A stretch of DNA of 64,000 nucleotides, from positions 70,038,788 to 70,102,787 of the forward strand of contig CM120640.1 in the NCBI GenBank assembly GCA_051362555.1. The letters run 5' to 3'. This document shows, piece by piece, positions 1 through 15,319 of this stretch; position 1 is the stretch's first letter; each line of letters begins with the position of its first letter. The translations under genes and the position numbers were made by a program. Below the pieces are notes generated by a model. It was not told the DNA's origin and did not search any database. It saw only the letters and a program-made list of their open reading frames with translations. The DNA is from Lingula anatina. Lineage: Eukaryota; Animalia; Brachiopoda.

Positions 1-3000
1 ACCAACTTTAATGCCGTCATCATTGATGTCTTTGGTTCCAAGCACCCGTATCATTTACACAGTGACACAGTCAATAACAAATTTTCCTAATTATTTTGTT
101 GCAGTGAAATAAATTAAGGGCCGGTTTCATAAGTTACTTCAGCAGGAAATTGATGATTAAATATAATTCGATATATTGGATACAGAATTCCATACGTAGG
201 CTATATATGTCAGCTTCATCCACGTCTGAAGTAAACAACTGGAGAGTGACGTCAAAAAAACAACACTTTCTTTCATTCTTCTGATGTAACATTTTCTTAT
301 GAAGGTTCCATACGTTAGAGGGTCCCATTAGGTACTTTCGTTACTATACCCATAAAAGCCCTTTTGCAGATATGCGTAAAACGTTTATTTTATTAAGCGT
401 GGTTCGCTAAGCAGCCCATTCCCGTGACTCGTGACTTTTTATTCTTCGCCCTTATTTACTGGGATTTGAGATTTGATGACATTTATTTCCCGTGAACTGT
501 GCTCACAACGCCCCTGGTACCCTTACTTTATATCTTATCCAGATGCCATTAAATGGTACTTATATTTATCTGGTCTAACAAAAGCACTCCTAAACAAAAT
601 TAAACCTGACTGGCCTGATTTTAACCCTACCTAATTCTGTGTGAGTATTTAAACCAGATTCATCGAACTCACACGGCATAAATTACCCCTTTTTTAATTT
701 CACTTTCACGTTTTTCCGGATCTACTATTAAAAGAGCCACATTCACATGTCATAATATGTTTTCAAAGGATTTGAAGCATTTAGCTAATTATGTTTGTGC
801 ACATAAAACGCAGAGAAATCAGTTCATTTCGGACTAGTTGTAGGCCAATTCAAAAACAAAAGCAAAAAAAAATATAATAAAACTATTGTACCGGGTTAAC
901 TTATTAACACAGCTGCATTTGTATCTATGAGAATCTACAATTGTGTCAATTGAACAGCAGATCTATCAAAGTCAGCATAGCCGATATTGTTAGCTATAAA
1001 TCATGAGGCATCTTTCAGTGTAAAAACAAATACAGCAGATGGTTCTGTTGCCACTTGTTATTTGTAATATGTGTTATGATGGCATCTGGTATAACTGGGT
1101 CATCTCCACCTTAAAAAAATCAATACAAGTGAAATTTGTCATTACACTGAATCATCCCAGTTCAGTGTTCATCACAATTCAGTCAAAATAGCGGTAAGAA
1201 TGAGCCACCGAAATTACATTTACTATGATTTAGAGACTGCAAGCTGTATTATCAGAACAGTTTTTGAAATTATTTCGTACACAGCATAAAATGCCGTATG
1301 TATAAATGTAGGCCTACATGTAAACGCGTACATCCAATTTAGAAAATGTGTACACAACCACCAGGAGTGCGCATGCACCAATAAATCAACAACTATACAA
1401 ACGCAGAAAGTATAAAAAGAGTTTAATCAAATATCCCGTATGGAATCGTTGCGAATGTTGTCCTCATAAATCGTATTTGTTGTTGTCAAGCATTAACAGA
1501 ACATTGACCCTTGGATGTTCCCCTTCGGCCGCCGCTTGTTTTCTTCTACCCTCTAAAACAAATCAATCCCCTTTACGCAGGTCAGCCGACTTAAAGAGTG
1601 AATCACAGAACAGTACTCAGGCGAGAATCAATGGTTCATTTATGCCACTCACTGACTGAGAATTTTCGCCGCAGTCTTGCGCACGGCCTCTTACGTCGGT
1701 TAGTTTTCTAATAGTTAATGGTTGTCGAGCGTTCATAAGCCATAGCGAAAACAATTGAATAAATTGAATAAAAATTGGCAACTGAGTAGAAATTGAATTA
1801 CTATAAGTTAGAAATGTGTTGAATTAGATAACAGAATTGAACCATGGCATGTTTATGTGGTTAATTCGGAGTTGTCAGGTCATCGAGAGCGTGTTCGGGG
1901 ACCCTAGATACGAGAGAACAGTTCAGCCAACAATTGAAGTTGAAGATCAGCAGATAACAAAACCCACTTGCTTCATTGGTGAAGCGTGAACAGCACATTA
2001 TTGAACTCCTAGAAGTTTAACCAGAGCTCATTGCGAAGCTATTTGTCATAATTACAATCCTAAAATAAACTTTCATTGGGTGGGCTTAACACGTTTTTCG
2101 AAATATTTAACAATCAATTCTTGCATGGTCATTTGTTTTACATGCAGTTACAAATGGTGACTTTGCAATTAGGAATATTTGATCAACGTTGGTTTTCAAA
2201 ATAATGATTTGCTTTGAAGATGACTTGTGCAACAGTGACAGTATCGTTTCTGTTACTGTTCGAAAATCTGTTTTAACATGATGCATCTTTTCTTAACAAT
2301 TTGCTCATGCTCCCAATTTTCATATATGTGGCATCCATTTTAATCTAATACAAAATTGAGTATAGCTCACATGTAAGACAAATCAATAACAATGTAAAAT
2401 TACTTCCTCCATGTAATACTTGCTTTGATGGTTTTAAGACAATATAAATATGAGAACATTCTCAGTAGCAGATATTGCAAAACCGGAGTCATATACATGT
2501 ATCTGAGTGCACAGGGATATTCATTTCCCAGGACGGACGCACACTTGGCATCCAGATAAGTTACATTTAAAACTTGGGGAGACCATTGCCAAGATTGAAT
2601 CTCTTGAAACCTGCCAATAAATGCCAAATGAATACAATGATTCCTAAGTAAATCCAATTTCCTTTAGCGTAAAACACCCAACTTTACCCCAGCCGTTATC
2701 TTATGGAAGCTTTTGGTTCTAATTGTCTATTTTACTATTTGCAGGAACAAAGTACATATCCGCAAATTATTTTCATTGAAACCACAGTACAATTTCAAGT
2801 AACAATTGCGGTTGATTCTTACCAAGACAGAAAGGTTGCTTCACATTATTTTTAAGTCCCTTATAAAGACAAATTAAGCCTATATGCAAGTTCTTGCACA
2901 GCGTCTACTCTCCTGTATTGATTCATCTCCGGCATTTCCGAGCAAGCGTTATCAAAACATACCAAGGTAATTTCTTTGTGAATACAATGATCCCACCCCC

Positions 3001-6000
3001 AGCAGTCTTAACGAAGTAACACAATAATTATCTTACTTTTCTTACTACATTTTTGTATTATTAAGTAAATGAACGATAACAAACTAACCTGTGAAAACGC
3101 GTAATCCATGTAAAGTTATGTTTGAAGTATTCACCCGGCTCTTTACAATGGTGCTAAGCCAAAGGACCTCGGGTCAAATAATAATAATATGGATCTCTGT
3201 TATAATGGACGCACTGCTAACACAATTATTATCCTCTTAATTTCCGAATCAAATTCAGATCATCCAATAAGTTAAAGACTGCTACCAACTTCAGTTCCCA
3301 ATTTTGCACATAGAGAAATACCGTGCATATAAAGAAATGATTGCGTGATTGCTTTAGACTAAACAATTGTTGAGGGAACTACCAGTGGTTTTCTGTTAGA
3401 CAATTTTGACATGTAGCAATTTTTTCAGGTTTTAACGGTAAAAATTAGATCATATTTTAATTGGTATATTTCATAAGAACTCCGGCATTGTCGCTGAATT
3501 GCCGCGCCAACCTTTCAGCGCCCAAAGTGGCAGGGTATAACAGAGAAATCCCTGCGATAAATCTTCTGTTGAAGTACTAGTAACCTAATCTGTTGGTTAT
3601 ATCTCAACGGCGGGGAACGTCCATCGAGAAATAAGTCTTTGCATTGTAAATTATTCCAAGGTTGCGAGTTTGGAGTCTCCAAGGCTTGAAATACAATGCA
3701 GTTCCCTCAAGGGTCTTAAGACTTGCAGAAAATCGAGATTTGCTTAATAATCACGTTACTTGGTATTGTTAATTGCCTCAACTAATAATGGTCTACGGCA
3801 AATTAATCATTCTTTCATATAAACGCCAGTCTGTAGTGTTTATGATGTAAGTCTAGCAATTTCCATAATGGTTTGTAGAGATTTGGGAAAACAGGAAACC
3901 TCAGCATTAATTTCCGCTATTGCCTTGCTGCATGTGGTCCACCCGTCACGTTACCAAGCCATCAGGATATTGGAGAACGGCTGCAAATCTTTCTGATAAT
4001 TCATATACCCTGGTTATCTGTCAGAAATTGTTATTCAACATATCGACAGACTTTTATTCAGTCACCTATGACTAGAGCATTAAGACGTGCTGACGTTTAA
4101 TAAGGTATGGCTTAGGAATAAGCACGTTCTGAAGGCTGCTCTGATTAAACGTCTGCTCAAACTAGGGAGATTTCCAAGTTGTCACTATGGTTAAGTCGTA
4201 TTTTAACTGTCACACGATGTTGGTTTATTCCGATGTGAAACTCTGATGCTCAGACGCTGTTCAGACGCAACAATATCATCCTTGTACTTTTAATGGCGCA
4301 GTTAAATTCAGAATTGTCCACACAGCTTTGTGAAAAATACAAAACACAAGACTTATTGAAAGGCACAAAATGTTTGAAACCAGTTGTGTAGAAATCTTAT
4401 GGTTCATTATTCACTAAACGAATTAATTGTTGGCGTGACTGTAATGATTCCGTTCATTCCGTATAAATTGCAAAGTGGCCATATTTCATACGCCTACTGG
4501 TTTCAGGTTCTTGATAATAAATCGAATGAATATTTCGACATAGCTTGATTTATAAGGGAAAAGGTCAAGGTAGATCTCAAAAAGCGATAAACCTACTTGA
4601 CTCTCCAGGGCAGTATGATTCAATTCCAAAGGAAATAAACCTACAACTAAATCTTGGGTAAATAACCTTCAGAAGAGATATCAATTTGTTGGCTAAATTA
4701 GTTTTCCAGGAGCGTAATAAAGAAAACAAATATGGGATTCATTGTGCCACAGTAACTTTCTACTTTTCCGTTGTGTTTTCTTTATGCGTTCAAATTGAAT
4801 TATTTGATAACAGGGTCTGAATAGACTGCATCGCGATCTTGCAAATATTAGGTAACTATAAAAGCGCTCAAGTCATAAGATGATAGTGCAGTTCAATCTT
4901 TGATACTGTCCACACGGACGCTTCGACCCCCATCCATTACAAAACAAATCGGCCTGCACCACTACCCTCCAGAAAAAGGGGGATTATTACCCCAGGGCAG
5001 CCCACGGAGAATGCATGATTTGCATACCTCAGACTTTGCATCAGGAGAGTATGTGATGTTGGCTCTGTTAAATAAAAGAACATAGTGAAGGCATGATCAA
5101 ATTCATGGACAAATTTAAGTAAAAAAATTAAAAAAACTTGCTTTCTTTGCCTTTAAATTGTGTGACGTTGTGGTAAATATTTCATTCATTAATTAGCTGC
5201 ATGGGCACGCAATGTAAATAATATTTATACACAGCGTGTGTTAACATTATAAATGGAGGCTGTTTGCTTCTCTAATATAAAGTGATTCTTATTTTTCTTG
5301 GTGGCGTTTTGTACGTTCTCGCACGCTGGCAAGGATTTTGCATGCCGTTATCTACGTAAACTGGAAATAACAGTACATGTAGCACTACAATATAACAGAA
5401 TTCGCGGCAGCATTGGTTCTTCTACAATACCAGTGGGTAAATACTGAACCGACACAATAGTCATATTTTCAAAGGCCTGTTGTTACAGAGTCAATGATTA
5501 ATTAGTATGAGTTAGTTGAAAGCTATCATGAAATGTTAACGGTCTCATTAATGTATAGTGGTGTTTATAGCTTAAAATAGATGTCATGAAAAAGAAGAAA
5601 TAGCCTGGAATTGACTTATTTATGAAGAAGCATAAGACTAGAGAAATACTCTCACAGTTGTCTCTCTCTCTCTTTGTTAAATTGTTTCCTTCTCTGTGGA
5701 GCGCCATGAACAGTGTGCTTTTCATTCTATCATACATATGAATGGTGAATTTGCTGAAATGACAACGTCAACTCATATTTCCAACAGAAAGAAATCAACA
5801 TAATCACGACGCCTACGCGAAAACAAGAGTTTGCAAGGTGCTAATTGTAATAACATATGTGGGTTATATGCAGGAAGTCAATGAGCGCCAGTCATACAAT
5901 GATCCCCAAGAAGGATTTTTCGTATAAAAAGCGTGTGCACATCTCTTTATATATGCTTACTTTCAGACATTTCGAAAAGTTCTTAATGGATCTCGATAGA

Positions 6001-7214
6001 TACACTTTATATATGATACCCCCATTTGACATTTTAATGCTAGCAATGTAAAACACATTATTGCCAGTTTCCTTGGAGACGGCATGTTTTCATTGACTCC
6101 TTGGTACTTAGTAGGCTCAGAATCAGTAGACAACATTAGTAATGTTACTTCATTGAGATAAACAAGTCAGCTTTCATGCAAAATATGACTTTTGATGCTA
6201 TTTTTACGTGGATCTACGTTTACATGATATTGGAATTGTTTTTTAGCATGTGGTTTTCAATCAATGGTTATGTGTAGATAGAATTAGGTTTAGACTTCAG
6301 TGTCCCTGTCTGTACCAGATGGTACCTTTGCTCTATAGACGAGGCCACCACACTCGAGGCAAGCTGAGCAAACTTAACGTTTTTTTTTCCTAATCTCAAG
6401 TGTGTCCCGCCGAAGCATGCCAAGTTCTATAACATCACCCATCTTGAAAAAAAATACAAATTAACTTTCAGGCGTTCAGCAGCGATGCCAGTTCCAAGAT
6501 CAAGAGTGCAGTAACGGAGAACGGATGGGAGAAAAAGCGCATTGGATGAAGTCCAGAAATGAGATCTTTTGGACGAAAATTGACGGCTTCTTTTCACTCT
6601 GGGTTTCAGAGCACGAGAAATACAACTGATGGTCATCTTTAACATGGGAATAGAAAACTGAATACAAGACGACAGGTCGATACACAAACGTTTTACACGC
6701 TCTGAAGCGTTTCTGTTAAGATGCAATCAAAGCCCCAGTCATAACATTATTCAAAACTCACATAAGCTTGCCATATGGCTTGAGACTGTATCCTGAACAT
6801 TTTGCACATAATTATTCTAATACTTTGAAAAGAAGTCCATTCGTTGCTTAGATATTCATTGTAATTGCAGTATGCAGAGCAGCATTTCAAATATGACCAA
6901 CATACAAAAAGGATATGTGAACATATTGGTCTCAGTTTCCACCAGTGACCTTTTCCAAGAATATACATACAATGTAAAAATCGTTAGATGGCCGGTTAAT
7001 GGTGTAAAAAATCGCATTATACGACAATAGCCACGATCTGTGCTGTTTGTTGCTTGTCACACATTGCACTCTGGTGGAATTTTGAAAAACTTTTTTTTGC
7101 AATGATTAAATGGACAATTTCTGGTTAAATGGTATGACGCTAAGAAATTACCGTGTCTGTATAACGAAAAGACAAATAAAGTGAAATCCCTGATGCATGC
7201 AGCTATAAAACCGT

Positions 7215-7868
7215 TTAAAATCGCCAACCACAACCTGAATGCGGATATTCACCTGTACACGGAGGGGATATCTTTACTCCATTACAACAAAGATAACAAC
7301 CGCCGCCTCTGAGTCTGCAAAAGGTACTTAATGTTCAGCATCTTCTGTATCTCAATTGCTGCCCTTTAAAGTTCACATGCCGTTTTCCTTACCCGCGTGC
7401 GTCTCTTGATTTCACGAAATACGGAAACGATTGAACCCGATCTCGTACCTTTTAATTATTTTTCATTATAAAATGAAATTACGGAGTATACGTGTGTGAA
7501 CGCACATATACACTTAGGCATGATTTATACAATAAACAGGTACATAATGAATACATACACAAACCCAATTAATCAAGCAGGAAGAATAAGTATGCAATGA
7601 AATGTTAATAGATAATGGAAGAACGATCGAGTACTCACGCTTTATCTGGAATCCAGTCGGCACCATTGGAGGCAGTCAGGCCAATGGCAAGTATAACAGT
7701 ACCAGCAATCAGGTTTGTCATGGCCAAACAAAGGCAACATCCCAAATTACAGCATGCCTTACACGGGACCTTCTTTTTACGTTGAGCACTGTTGCCATTG
7801 TTGGTGTTGTTTTCGGTGCTCAATTGTCTGGCATGCCTGTCCACCAAACCGTCGCGAATTATAAACAT
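7215..7868 (-). CDS. Candidate small two-exon gene: hydrophobic segment plus Cys-rich C-terminal peptide (uncharacterised)
   Basis: Exon 7868(or 7721)-7639 ends in a strong GC|GTGAGT donor. Exon 7314-7215 starts after a CCTTTTGCAG acceptor, is phase-compatible and ends in TAA. The product from ATG 7721 is MTNLIAGTVILAIGLTASNGADWIPDKALRGGGCYLCCNGVKISPPCTGEYPHSGCGWRF (60 aa). The upstream ATG 7868 adds a basic/Cys-cluster N-terminus. No family recognised. Confidence 0.35.
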
Positions 7869-10800
7869 TGCGACCTGCAGCCCACTTAGGCAAATTAAAG
7901 AAATAAAGAAGCCAAAGAAGCAGGAAGTATTCTTGCGCTGTGTGCTTCCCGGAGGATAAAATTCCTGCAGAAAGTGAATCTCCAATTGAATATTGATATG
8001 GTTACGAGCTCGCTTTCGAGACTCTAATTACGATGGTATACCATATCTAAAGGTCAGAGAAATATGCACAAAGAAGCATTCAGTAAATAGTTCTTGGTTT
8101 CGTTCCTTCCGTGTTGAGCAGCGGAAGGTCTTAAATTCTAAACCTGCAAGGTGCGCGAAGGATTGCCTTCAACTTCCACGTTCTCAGATTCAGCCAGTGA
8201 CATGTCATAGCAAGTTTCTTGAGCGATTTGCCGCGATCAACTGAAGTAAGCAGCAAAAAGACCTTACTGTTCTATAGAAACTATCTGCAAAATTCTGCAT
8301 TGTTCAAGGTTTTCCAATAAATCTCCCTAGGCTTCTTTAAAAGCATCTTTTGAGGTCAGAGTGTTGAATGCGAAGGCGGTCAATACAATGAAGACCTTCC
8401 TGGATTCTTAATCGTTCGAAACGAAAGACCACATCTAACTACGTACAGTCGATCTTTCGCGCTAAATTGCATATAGGCTTATAGAACATATCGCTCGAGC
8501 ACATAGCTGTCATCGACACCTGATTCAAATTCTGCCAATCAACAGGCTCTCTCTGGCTGCGTCGACTACAAGGCATAACAAGCCTGTCATGATGTAAAAA
8601 TACATCTTCTTGGATGACAGCTCCATGGCAGAGGGCACGCCATCGCCTTCGTAATCACTTCAGGTGGCAAAAAGTTTTGATTCAATGATAATGGCTTAAA
8701 TGAGCCAGTTTGATGGAGAAATCCACGACTGGAGTCTCGTTTCTTCGTTAGAGCAGTAGCTAATTACTATCACAAGAAAATGTCGCTGATTGATGGCTGG
8801 TGCATGCATGAAGATGGAGGAAGAAGAACGTTGAGTAGCTTGTAAAACAAACTTCAACTGAATTCAATCATTCCACGTAGAATTTCCTTTAGTTTCAGCT
8901 TAAACAGCCTCAGCTTAAACAGATTCTGCTTAAACCACAGCATTTGTCCGAACACCACCCGCACATCTGAAAAGATTAATCATGGCCGTCAGGTAAAGCA
9001 TTCCAATAAAGGAATTCCGTTATCTAAAGAATATGGAGCGGCGTGTTGAAAGTAAATTTTCATCAATAATCCTGAAGGGCGCTTTGATCTTATATTTCTA
9101 GGAAACTGTTGAAGATAATTAAACCATCTTTGGTTTGTACCAAGAAGTAGTATAAACCATGGTGAAGTAAAATTGGGTTTTCTCCATAATTCAGTTATTT
9201 TGAGTGCCTGTTTGACTTTGAATTTCGAATAATGTAATTCAGTTTAATAGACAGAGAAAGATGAAAGAAAAAGGTGTACAATGCAAAAGTAATAATGATT
9301 ATTAAAATTCATAGAATAAATCCTACACATTTTATTTTGCAAGTGCACGTTTTTATTTCATTCAAACAAAGTGGACTTAGGTAAGTTAGGAAAATGAGAA
9401 GAAGACATTTTAATTATTGAATGGCACATAAAATCTATAAAGATGAAAGAGAAAAACAGAATAACCTACCGCAAAGTTGTTTAAGAAACGTTGTTTACTG
9501 TAAGTTTAAACTCCTCTTTCTGCGTCAAATTGAATATTTTGAACAAACCTACATGTAATATCGCTGAGTATCTGCAATATTACATGCGATACGGCTTTGT
9601 CGTTTCTATTCAGTCTACGTCATTTCCAAGGAAACCAAAAGTGGCTTTTGCCAAAAGCAAACATTATATCCTGAGAGAAATCTTTTCTTTGTTTTGAAGA
9701 AGGAAGTAAATGGATTGTTCTATACGTAGTTTGTTTTCGGCATATCGTTCTTTTCCTATTCACACGAATATTTAATAATCTTTCGAGCTGATGTTCGATT
9801 ACTGCTTGAGAAATGAAGTCGCAGGTAAATCAATAGCGATATGTAATCAAACGCTTGGATATTTAATTCTCAATTTGCGCAAAGGAAAACGCTGGCAGGT
9901 GGTTATAAAATATACATCTATAATATGTAGTTGTGTTAAGTAATAAGTGACAGATACTAAATATGTTTGAATCCCGCATAAGTTATGCAAGGACGAGCAC
10001 ACAGGTAAATGTATAGTTCTAAATCTGTCCATGATTTTTTTCAACAGCCAAATTATTGGGTAACATATATATATATCGCTCATTTATTTGCCTGGAAGTG
10101 AGCATAGAACTTCTGTATACATGACATCTGATCGACGGCAATTCATAGATCCGTCCTACTCCCGCCAGGCAGACGTTTTGAATCTGTTATTTCAACCGCG
10201 GGGGACCGATTTTTTGCTTGTGGAAAAAACCACCAGTTGTAATCCAACTAATCAGATAAGTGCTGCCTGCCAGAGAGCTACACATATGTCAGTTGATGAT
10301 AAAGTATTTACCTGGAGGCAACCTTTGCCCTATGCTTTACCTCTGATGCCACGCCATCAAGGCGGCGTTACAGGTGTTAATGGCGTGTTCATTGCTTCTG
10401 CAGCAATGCTTTAGCTACCGTACCACGTTCGAAGAAATCTACAGGAAAAAGGGATATAACGAAATTTCATTTCGTGCTTGAAAATAATAGTATATATGAC
10501 CTGGGCACCACGTTATCGACCGCCAAACGACAAATCTACCGTGAAGTCATGCTTTTGAGATCGTTTTGCCTTCACTTGGCTTGAACAAAGTGAAAAGTTT
10601 CGTGTTTATCAATGTCATTTTCACCTCGCTACAAAATATTCCTTGCGTCTAAGAAGCAATAGGATTAGTGAGATGTACTGTTAATTAACTGGTCTGGCAC
10701 GTCTTTGGTCAAGTCTTTATTGCATCCGTACCTTGTCCCGATTCTCTGTCAAATTACTGTAAAATTGTGAAAAATGTGTTTCTTAACTTAATTCGTCTGT

Positions 10801-13800
10801 TACCATAATCCAGTTACGTGTTATGTTCGTAATCCTGAAAGACTGAAAGATTCGGATCTAATGTTATTTAAACAGTAGGGAATGTTGAATGAAATGACAT
10901 CAGTGAATCTATAATGTAGTCTACCTGACATTTACTCTCTAAGGTCGTTTCTTTTATAACGTAGTTTCCAGTCCCCGACCAGTAGACCCAGATATTAATT
11001 AGAAGATCAACTCAGAGTGATAACTGAATTTCAATATTTTCTGTCTTATCTCAAATCGAGATACCCATTCCTTGGAGGCAACAAGGTTGATTAGCGGTAT
11101 GCTTAATATTAATCCTGGGATTGTTGGTTGCGGTTTACAAGTGCGGAAAGAGTGAGTGCACAAACAGCCTTGGTTCCCACCATCATGTCGATAAATTTAT
11201 CTTATTTTACCTCACTTCATGCCTGATTTTAAAACATTTTGAATAGGAAACTGCCTAATTTCTACTATCCCCGCGAAATGCGCATACAGCTTAAATGGCA
11301 CGTTAACGATTAGGCACGGCGCCGTTCCTTCTCCCCTTCCAGAACTGGTGAGAGCAGAACGCTATAATACATGATCATCGATTCTAATAGACGCAGATAT
11401 CATTTGGAAATAGGTATATTATCTACACCAAAGGGGCGACCTCACATGATAATATAGAATGCAGTTTCGTGCCTAAAGCTTATTAGATACACTGTATATC
11501 ATATTTGTGATTGTGCAAACAGGACCGCCAGCATATTGGGAATTTCAAGCATCAAAAATAATAAGCATTAATATTATACAATATGGCCTATATTTCAACA
11601 TATTGGGATAAGCGGGTAAATGCTTGTTCGGTGTATAGATTATACAAAAAACTTTGAGGAGAGAACACAATTATTAATGACCTACGAGTAGGTTGTACAA
11701 AGTACCCGTTTTTTTCATATACCTTAATTTGCAGAAATGGGTAAAGTTCTCTTTGGCTATCTGCTGTTTAGACCAAAACGGCATTTTATTACTTACATTC
11801 TAGTAATATGTATTTTCAATATTTTCTTCTCTTGCCACAACAACTAATAATATTGTACATTAAAATCATATGGGTATTGGTCTACGTATGGAAATTACTG
11901 GAATACTGTGATGTCAAAAAGAGATTCACTATACCAAAAATATAAACGATTTCTAGTTCAAACTAATACTACTCTTCCATTGCCCACATTGCGCTGAGCA
12001 CGACCACACTTAAGCGGACTTCTTATTGATACTGTTAATACGCACGACCAGAGACGCCTTGCCTTTTCTTCCGTGAGCATGTTAATCCTCTGCAATCCAA
12101 CAGAGCCCCGCTTGCTGCACTGAGTCTTCACGGTCTGTTGAAATATATGGGGATCCTGGCTTGATGCTGTAAGTACTTACACGAGGGCTTGGCTGGCTTT
12201 GTCACTTGGTTGGTTCACCATCGATTATCTGTGCTGAAGTCAAAAGCCCGAGACCGACAACCACTAACATCAGCGATTGTTTTTTTGTTTTCATCTATCT
12301 GCTGTTTTGCTGGCGTGCACGGATTGCGGTACGATTGCGTCAGAGAAAACTAAATCTGGTCAGCGCAATGTATACATCTCTTTGTCCATATTTGGGATAT
12401 CTTATTACTTGGGATTAGTTGAGTTGAACCTTTTTTTGATGTATTGTTAGTTGAAAATAAACTTGTTTATTTAATCAAAGATGTATTTCCACTCGCATCG
12501 ATCGAAAATAACCTTCATTTTTCCGACATATTATCGAGCTCCCCACTGTTTTCTCACACTATGTTCAGCTTGCTAGATGCCGCCGGTTCCTTTTCGCCAA
12601 CATGTCTCTATAGCGTGGCACATGGGTCAATAAAATTAAGGAAAATCATGCAGATTTGTTTGTGTCGTAATCAAATTTACCCATATTGGAGGGTAGTTTT
12701 AAAAGCACTGGCGCGGACCACTCATCGCTTTAATATCTCTATCTTGCATACATACAGCTCAACAAGATACAAAGTGTGTTCAATATTCTAGGTCAAGACT
12801 TTGGGCATTGAACTTATTCCACTGTAAAGTGGAAAGAGAAACTTTTCTTATATAATATGCAAGCGTGAAAATGGAGTAGAGCAGAGTAAATAACAAAAGG
12901 AAATAGATTGGATACGTAATGGCGACTGACAATTTCATTATAAAATGGTATCATTTAGCAAATCGCCTCAAAGAGAGCCATATTTTTATTTCATTATTTC
13001 CTCTACGACAAATTGTCATATTTATCATCATATCCTCACGTTGTAGTTTGGTTGATTAACCCAGATGGGAATTTCCAGGGAGTCCATCCGTCTTCATAAG
13101 TTTTTCATATTTCATGTCCTGGTAGGTGGTATTTCTTTTAAAAACGTAAACCTGCTTTCTTGTTCCTGATTGATATTGATATTAATATAACAAGATCATA
13201 GGAATGACTTGAAAACACCTTATTTATTATATCTATAATTCTTGGATACAGTTGAAAAGTAACATGTTTGGTTGTCTTGTTCAATAGCTTGCAAAGAATT
13301 CCTCTGAATATGCCAATATAAAGAGTTTTAAAATCCAGAATGCCTTATTCTAAAGCACGTAAAACAAGGAGGCGTAAGGAATGTCAAATCCACATGTAAT
13401 GCCATGGGAATATTCCCTTGCTTTCCATGAAATAGATGTGAACGTTTTCAAATACTTTTTTCATTTGCAAATATGAACAGAAAACCAACCATATGTCTAA
13501 CCAAAGAAAGATGTGCTATCTGTAAGCCACTAATTGATCTTGATCCAGTGGCACAGTGAGTCACAAATAACACGGTTTTTACTCCCGGTATTTACGATTC
13601 TTCAGGAAGTGTCCTGCCACCACTTTTACAGTTGAGGAGACATGTAGGCGTTGATTATCACGTTTTCACCCACCCCCATGCATTGCCTGATGGTCATTCA
13701 ATAACAAGAATCTGGATTCCGCAAATATTCAATACTTGCGCACGCAAAAATGATACGTTCTTTATGTAAGTCTAACGTCTTCTAATTTCCATTCATTGTT

Positions 13801-15319
13801 TACTGTTTAATAGCATGTGCTGTCTATTCATTGTGAAGGAATGTCATTCGAGCTTCGGTGGGTATCAGTTTTCTTGAATTCAATTAGACGCATTTGAAAG
13901 GCTTCTGTTCACATAGGATTTCATATAATAGTCACACAAACGCTTCTCGTTATCTTATTCTTCCAGAGTCATTCGGGTATAAGTCCAGGAAACTGGCCAT
14001 TACTAATGGCTGCTCACACATTACACGCGTGGCCTTTCCTGTTGTTGAAATAGATAGTAAAGAATAGAAACTTATTGGTGATTAGGTGTCAACGAAAGCC
14101 TTTGTCAGCACCGAGAACAATACGCCTCTTTATTGAAGATAAGAACAAAATACGCGGAAATTAATCCTTGAGATAACTATATGGTCAAAGGTCAAATTGT
14201 AATCGAAGGTAAGTAGAGACCCCGTGCGTCCTCTCTCTCTAATTCCGTGAAGTGGTTGGTATGGCATGGTTTCCTGGCAACAGTGATATGGCGTATATTT
14301 GAGACCGCAGTCAACTGAGGAGCATTCTGCTGCTCCAAACTACCAGACATGGTGCATCTCTCCAACAAACTCGACATATTTTAATACGAAAAACTGGGTC
14401 ATTTGTTTTCGACAACCACCGTGGTGAAAATAATCTTGGCCAAAAACGTTCGGAAACGTCGTTATTTTGATTGATTATAAAATAACCATATGAGCTAAGT
14501 TTTTTTCAATTATTGAAAGCCAATTTCGTTTCCCAACCTATTTGTATATTTATTTAGTCTAGAATCCATAAATGATCAGTAGACTCTACTACATATAAAA
14601 TTTTTAAGTTTATTAATGTAAAATTAAAGGTTGACCATAGAAATGGCAATTACAAATAAAAAATCCAAGATTTTCGATATATTCTTTTGGTGTGAATATT
14701 ATAAATGTTGAATAAATAGAGCTGTTTTAAGCTGGTACAAGTCAGACACAACTGTCGCCATTTGGGCGGACATCGGAAAAATACATCATAATTTGTTCTA
14801 GGAATAAATGAAGGCAAAAATTAATTTAGAAAAAAAAACGTGTCAAAATCCCGTTTTATTTTGTATGATGGTGAGCATTTTGAAATATAAGATAACACCA
14901 AACTGCATTTCACGGTAAATTAAAGGTAGATGAAAAATATAAATGAAGCTGTTGTGTAAATTATTCCATCTCTCGAAAGTTTTTAAATACCAATCTTACA
15001 TTTTAATAAAATTAGATGGACGTGATAATTATCATCACTTATATTTTTTTTATTGCGCTGTAAGCCCATCCATCGCGTTAGGTACTTGCGTAAGCCTCAT
15101 TCACCTTGATAGACAGTCCCACTTCCTATGGGTTTTATCTAATACTTGCATATTACAAACTGAAATCTAGGGCATGATAAATGGCAAAAAGTGTCATCAA
15201 ATTGACATATTTACATAACTGGCAAACACGAATATTTTAAAAAAGATGTTTAACATGCTTGGGCTGATGTAGTCATCTTTCTCCTGCTCGGGTCTTTTAA
15301 GTAAATCGGGAAACAAACT

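Noticed and set aside
1464-1745. Possible two-exon minus-strand mini-gene (donor near 1694, acceptor near 1553, GRRK motif in one frame)
   Set aside because: The phase-compatible product is short and featureless, and the GRRK frame has no compatible upstream exon that I could find.
2400-9200. Decayed leucine-rich-repeat/TLR-like or retroelement pseudogene fragments (e.g. LRTVDLSR*, NHFRW...WLK)
   Set aside because: Only isolated motif-like words amid many stops; no consistent frame can be supported without a translated search.
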